This document shows positions 59,335 to 64,000 of a DNA stretch of 64,000 bases, in pieces. Positions within the stretch are counted from its first letter, which is position 1. The number at the start of each line of letters is the position of its first letter. The notes below the pieces were generated by a model. The model saw only the letters and a program-made list of their open reading frames with translations, ran no database searches and was not told the DNA's origin. This DNA is from an uncultured Methanosarcinaceae archaeon. Lineage in GTDB: Archaea; Halobacteriota; Methanosarcinia; Methanosarcinales; Methanosarcinaceae. Made by a program: the position numbers and the translations under genes. The stretch spans positions 192,001 through 256,000 of the forward strand of contig CAVTET010000003.1 of assembly GCA_963733675.1 (NCBI GenBank), read 5' to 3'.

Positions 59335-61851
59335 TCAAAATTTTGTTTTTTTGTAAAAAAATATTTTTATTGTTTCAGCCGCAAGAATGTATAACCCTAC
59401 TATGGCTCCAATTATTAAGACAACCGAAATTGGAAGAGGCTTGAACCCAAAAGGAGCTGCAAAAGAAGTAAATGGGATGCAAAGAGTCAGGCCTACTATC
59501 AAGAGAGTGGCTATAAGTAGGTATTTCCCAGGTTTGCTCCTAAAGAATGGTTTTCTGCTCCTGATTACCAGAACTATCATGGATGCTGAAATAACGGATT
59601 CCACAAACCAACCAGTCCTGAATTGCTCTGTCATACCTGGTAGGAGGAAGAGCAGAACACCGAAGGTCAAATAGTCAAATACAGAACTTGTAATGCCAAA
59701 TACCATCATAAACTTGCGGATGAAACCTATATCCCAGCGGTGTGGCTCTTCAACTAATTCCCTATCCACAGAATCCGTGGCTATGGTCATCTTCGGAAAA
59801 TCAGTTAACAAATTGGTTAGGAGAATCTGCGTGGGCAACAGAGGAAGAAAAGGCAAGAAGAGGGATGCTCCTGCCATGCTGAACATGTTCCCAAAATTGG
59901 CACTGGTAGCCATGAAGACATACTTCAGGGTGTTGGCAAAGGTTTTTCGTCCTCCCTTTACCCCCGCAACAAGCGCATCCAGGTTTTTTTCTAGCAGCAC
60001 AATATCTGCAGCTTCTTTTGCAACGTCTGCAGCACTATCAACAGAGATTCCTATATCTGCTGCATGAAGAGCAGATGCATCATTGATGCCGTCTCCTATA
60101 AATCCAACGATGTTTCCGCTTTTCTTGAGAGCAAGAATAATATGCTCTTTCTGATTAGGCTCTACCTCGGCAAAGATATCAGTATCTTTTGCCTGCTTTA
60201 TCAAGGCCTCACTACTCATCTTATAAAGTTCGCTTCCGGTTATAATTAAGCCTGATCTCCCTGATGATGCTGGCAGCTACATATTTATTGTCTCCGGTGA
60301 TCACTTTCAGAGAAATTCCAAGTTTTTCCATGTTTTCTATCGTATTCACAATCCCCTGCTTAGGGGGATCAGAAAAGAAAAGAAATCCTAGAAAAGTCAT
60401 ATCGATTTCGTTTTCCTTTCCTATAATCCTCTGCTGTCCCATTTCCCTGTACGCAATCCCAAGAGTACGAAATCCTTTTTCACTGAAATTTTCAAACTGC
60501 TGCTCGATTTTTTTTTTCAGATCGGAAATTTCTACAGGTTTTTCAGGTTCAACCTCTGCGAAGGAGCGAATTTCAAGAATATTCTTGAGAGCACCTTTAG
60601 TAATCACAAGGTTCATACCGTTTTTTGAGACAAGGATACTCAATCTTTTGCGCAGGAAATCATAAGGGATTTCATCCAGCTTCTCATACTGGGATAGATC
60701 AAATTTATTCTGTTCAAGAATTGCTCTATCGATTGGGTTTTCAAAGCTTTTCTGGTAAGAGGCATTAAGGCTGGCATAAAGGAGGACTTTTTCATTCTGA
60801 TTTCCTTTGAGATCCTGAGAAGAGTGAAGTTGCAGCTCTCCTTCGGTCAGAGTGCCGGTCTTGTCGGAGCATAGCAAGTTCATGCTTCCAAGGTTTTCAA
60901 TAGAAGCCAGCCTCTTGACAATAACTTTCTTTTGCGCCATCTCTCTTGCTCCGTGGGAAAGATTAACGCTGATGCTTGCTGGAAGGAGTTGAGGAGTCAG
61001 CCCAACTGCAAGAGCCAGCGAGAAGAGAAAAGATTCAAGAATGAACGTTTGAGATATACATTGATAACAAATACGATTAATACCATCAGTATCGTAACTT
61101 CCATCAGGAAATGTCCAAAATTTGAAATTCCTTTTTCAAATTCTGTTTCCGGGGGCCTGAGTTTTAATCTCTCTGATATTTTCCCAAATTCAGTTCCCTT
61201 TCCTGTGAAAACTGCCAGCACTTTTCCGCTACCACTGACCACACTAGTTCCCATCCATAGAGAATTTGTGCGCTTCGCGAGAGGGGTTTCTGCGTTCAGC
61301 ACACAGGCTACTTTTTCTACTGGATAGGTCTCTCCTGTGAGAGTTGCTTCACTAACAAACAGATCTTTTGATTCCAGAATTAGACAGTCTGCAGGTATAA
61401 TATCTCCGGCGTTAAGGATTATTATATCTCCAGGCACAATCTCTTTAACAGGAATTTCTTTCTCTTCACCGTTTCTGAGCACTGCAGCCTTTATCTCCAC
61501 CGCAGCCAGCAATTTTTCAAAAGCGTCAGCAGCTCCTTTTTCTTGCCAGAACCCTAGCATACTGCTGATCAGGATAATAATTACTATAATTACAGTATCT
61601 GTGACATCACCGAGAAAAAAAGAAAGCCCAGATGCAAAAAGGAGGATAAGAATAATTGGACTCCTGAATTGGGAAAGCAGGAGTGTGATAGTGTCTGTTC
61701 GTTTTTTTGGTTTAAGAAAATTAGCTCCATACCTATTAAGACGTTCACCGACTTCTGAACTTTTCAGCCCGTCAGTTGTTGTTTGGAGTTTTTTCAACAT
61801 ATCGAATGTAGAAACACTCCAAAATTCGAGCTTTTTCTCATTATTGATCAA
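59335..61851 (-). pseudogene. mgtA: Mg2+-transporting P-type ATPase, two frameshifts
   Basis: TGE, ALAVGLTPQLLP (shifted frame near 61040), DKTGTLT, PYDF.RKR, TGDN, a second break near 60245, GDGINDA, ANFGNMFS. Confidence 0.9.
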
Positions 61852-62447
61852 TAAGCTGTCTCCTTATCTATGCTCAGTTACTTGTGTATATTTATCAGAT
61901 ATCCGTAACTTTCAGAATTTCACAAGTTAATTATCCTTCGTTCTAAATTTCATACTTTTTGTAATTTAAAGGTAAGCACGTATAACATAAAAGCGCATCA
62001 TTATGTAATTGTTGAAATACTAGACTATCATGCTTATGGTGCTGTTGATAAGCTTGAATAACTCGTCTTTTCGATCACTACGTAACAGAAAACGAATGGG
62101 ATATTGTATTTGTGTGAAAGCTATGCATTTTCTTAGTTTTGGCCGAAGTTATAGACATTTTTACCTGAATTTGAGGAAAATACACAGCTTTTACTAAAAT
62201 CCATACAATAACTCAAAAACCAAAAAATTCCTATTTTGTCTCTCGAAAAGCAAGAGATCCATAAGAATTAAGTGTAAAATCTAGGAAATAGCAATGTTTT
62301 CATCTTAAGAACGTAGCTATCATTTCGTGCGAACATTAAAGATCCAAACTATAAAATAGATAAATTTTAAAAACTAAATCCTTAAGAGTAAAAGATATTT
62401 TTCTATGATTAGTAACGTTTATTTTAGTTCAAAGTCAATAATTGCCC

Positions 62448-63836
62448 ATGGATATTCCAGAGAAAAAAGACTTCCGAGGAGCAAACCTTGAAGGGGCTAA
62501 ACTTCAAGGAACTATCCTTGAAAAAGCTAACTTTCAAGAAGCTAACCTTAAAGAATCTAACTTTTATGGAGCTGATCTCACTGAGGCTAACCTTGAAAAA
62601 GCTAACCTAATGGGAGCTAAACTTCAAAAGGCTAACCTTTATAAAGCTAACCTTCAAGGAGCTAATCTCTATGGAGCCGACCTTGAAAAAGCTAACCTTC
62701 AAGAAGCTAAACTTGAAGGGGCTAATCTTCACAATGCTAATCTTAGAGAAGCTAACCTACAAAGAGCTAACCTTATAGAGGCTAACCTTGAAGGAGCTAA
62801 CCTTGAAAGAGCTAAACTTCAAGGAACTACCCTTGAAAAAGCTAACTTTCAAGGAGCTAATCTTAAAGAATCTAACTTTTATGGAGCTGATCTTACAGAG
62901 GTCAACTTTGAAAAAGTTAGCCTTATTGGAACTAAACTTCAAATGACTAACCTTTATAGAGCTAATCTTCGAGGAGCTAACCTTCAAGGAGCTAATCTCT
63001 ATGGAGCTGACCTTGAAAAAACTAACCTTCAGGAAGCTAATCTTCAAGGAGCTGATCTTATTGAGACTAATCTTGAAAATGCTATCCTTATAAGGGCTAA
63101 CCTTCAAGAAGCTAGCCTCAAAGGAGCTGACATTGGCAAAGCTAATCTTGAAGGGGCTAATCTTAAAGAAACTGTTCTCCAAAGAGTTGACCTTGAAAAG
63201 GCTAACCTTCAAGGAGCTAACCTTCAAGGAGCTAATCTTCAAGAAGCCAATCTTATAGAAGCTGACCTTCAAGGAGCTAATCTTAATATGGTTAAATTTG
63301 AAGGGGCTAATCTTAGAGAAGCTAACCTTCAAGGAGCTGATCTTAATATGGCTAGATTTGAAGGAGCTAAACTTAAAGAAGCTAACCTTAGAGGGGCTAA
63401 TCTTAGAAAAGCTAATCTTGAAGGAGCGAACTTTAAAAAGGCTTATCTTGAAGGAGCTAACCTTGAAGGAGCTAATCTTATAAAGGCTAACCTCAAATGG
63501 GCTAAACTTAAAGGGGCTAATCTTCAAGGAGCTAACCTCATAAAGGCTAACCTTCAAGTGTCTAATCTTCAAGGAGCTAACCTTGAAGGAGCTAACCTTG
63601 AAGGAGCTAACCTTGAAGGAGCTAACCTTGAAGGAGCTAACCTTGAAGGAGCTAAACTCAAGGGAGCTAAACTTAAAGAGGCTAAATTCAAGGGAGCTAA
63701 TCTTAAATGGGCTAAGAATCTTTCAATTGATCAGTTTTCTAAAGTGAAAACACTTTATCATATTAAATTAGACAACGAGATTCTTAAAACCTTAAAAAAG
63801 AAGTTTCCTATCCTTTTTGAAAAACCCTCTGAATAG
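62448..63836 (+). CDS. Long pentapeptide-repeat protein (A[D/N]Lxx)
   Basis: About 80 ANL/ADL/AKL units plus a [13 protein letters not shown] cap; start taken at ATG 62448. Confidence 0.9.
   Translation: MDIPEKKDFRGANLEGAKLQGTILEKANFQEANLKESNFYGADLTEANLEKANLMGAKLQKANLYKANLQGANLYGADLEKANLQEAKLEGANLHNANLREANLQRANLIEANLEGANLERAKLQGTTLEKANFQGANLKESNFYGADLTEVNFEKVSLIGTKLQMTNLYRANLRGANLQGANLYGADLEKTNLQEANLQGADLIETNLENAILIRANLQEASLKGADIGKANLEGANLKETVLQRVDLEKANLQGANLQGANLQEANLIEADLQGANLNMVKFEGANLREANLQGADLNMARFEGAKLKEANLRGANLRKANLEGANFKKAYLEGANLEGANLIKANLKWAKLKGANLQGANLIKANLQVSNLQGANLEGANLEGANLEGANLEGANLEGAKLKGAKLKEAKFKGANLKWAKNLSIDQFSKVKTLYHIKLDNEILKTLKKKFPILFEKPSE
63576..63650 (+). repeat. Five exact 15-bp tandem copies of GCTAACCTTGAAGGA (ANLEG)
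   Basis: Directly visible. Confidence 0.9.
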
Positions 63837-64000
63837 AAAATTTTCTCAAATATTACCTAAAGCTCTTTTGAAATGCTCATAATGTAATTGGTCTAACTAT
63901 GTCCTAAGTGTTCGACAGAGAGTTTGAGAATCAATCAATAATTTACTATGATAGTGTGTAAAGCACGATTAGGAAACTAATCATCACATAAACCACCCAA

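Noticed and set aside
59387-61930. Plus-strand ORFs overlapping mgtA, and similar short antisense ORFs over other genes
   Set aside because: Antisense to well-supported genes, with no independent motifs
62757-63572. 271-aa antisense ORF and the 63298-63483 ORF
   Set aside because: Stop-free shadows of the pentapeptide repeat

Overview
AT-rich archaeal chromosomal window, almost certainly Methanosarcina (inferred from gene content: glnA2-type GS, DUF2180, DUF1724-HTH, and the trmY-pus10-rpl21e-rpoF-DUF655-rsmA cluster). Intact housekeeping genes (thiM/thiE, aldehyde dehydrogenase, glutamine synthetase, dtdA, the translation/transcription cluster) lie among many decaying genes: M13 peptidase, desulforedoxin, xth, an Hrq1/MrfA-like helicase, dinB, an ABC ATPase, a B12 radical SAM and mgtA. 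Mobile DNA includes two near-identical 855-bp IS6 copies, two partial IS6 copies, IS110/ISH3/IS1634 relics and several MITE-like scars. The most unusual items are (1) a secreted block-copolymer protein with 30 GPGXX/GxGN pentapeptide repeats and a His/Lys tail next to a radical SAM gene, (2) a 55-bp near-perfect inverted repeat wrapped around a MITE between thiM and thiE, and (3) a DNA-repair gene cluster in which three of four genes carry separate lesions. No CRISPR array, rRNA or tRNA was seen. All family assignments come from motif recognition by eye, not database searches.
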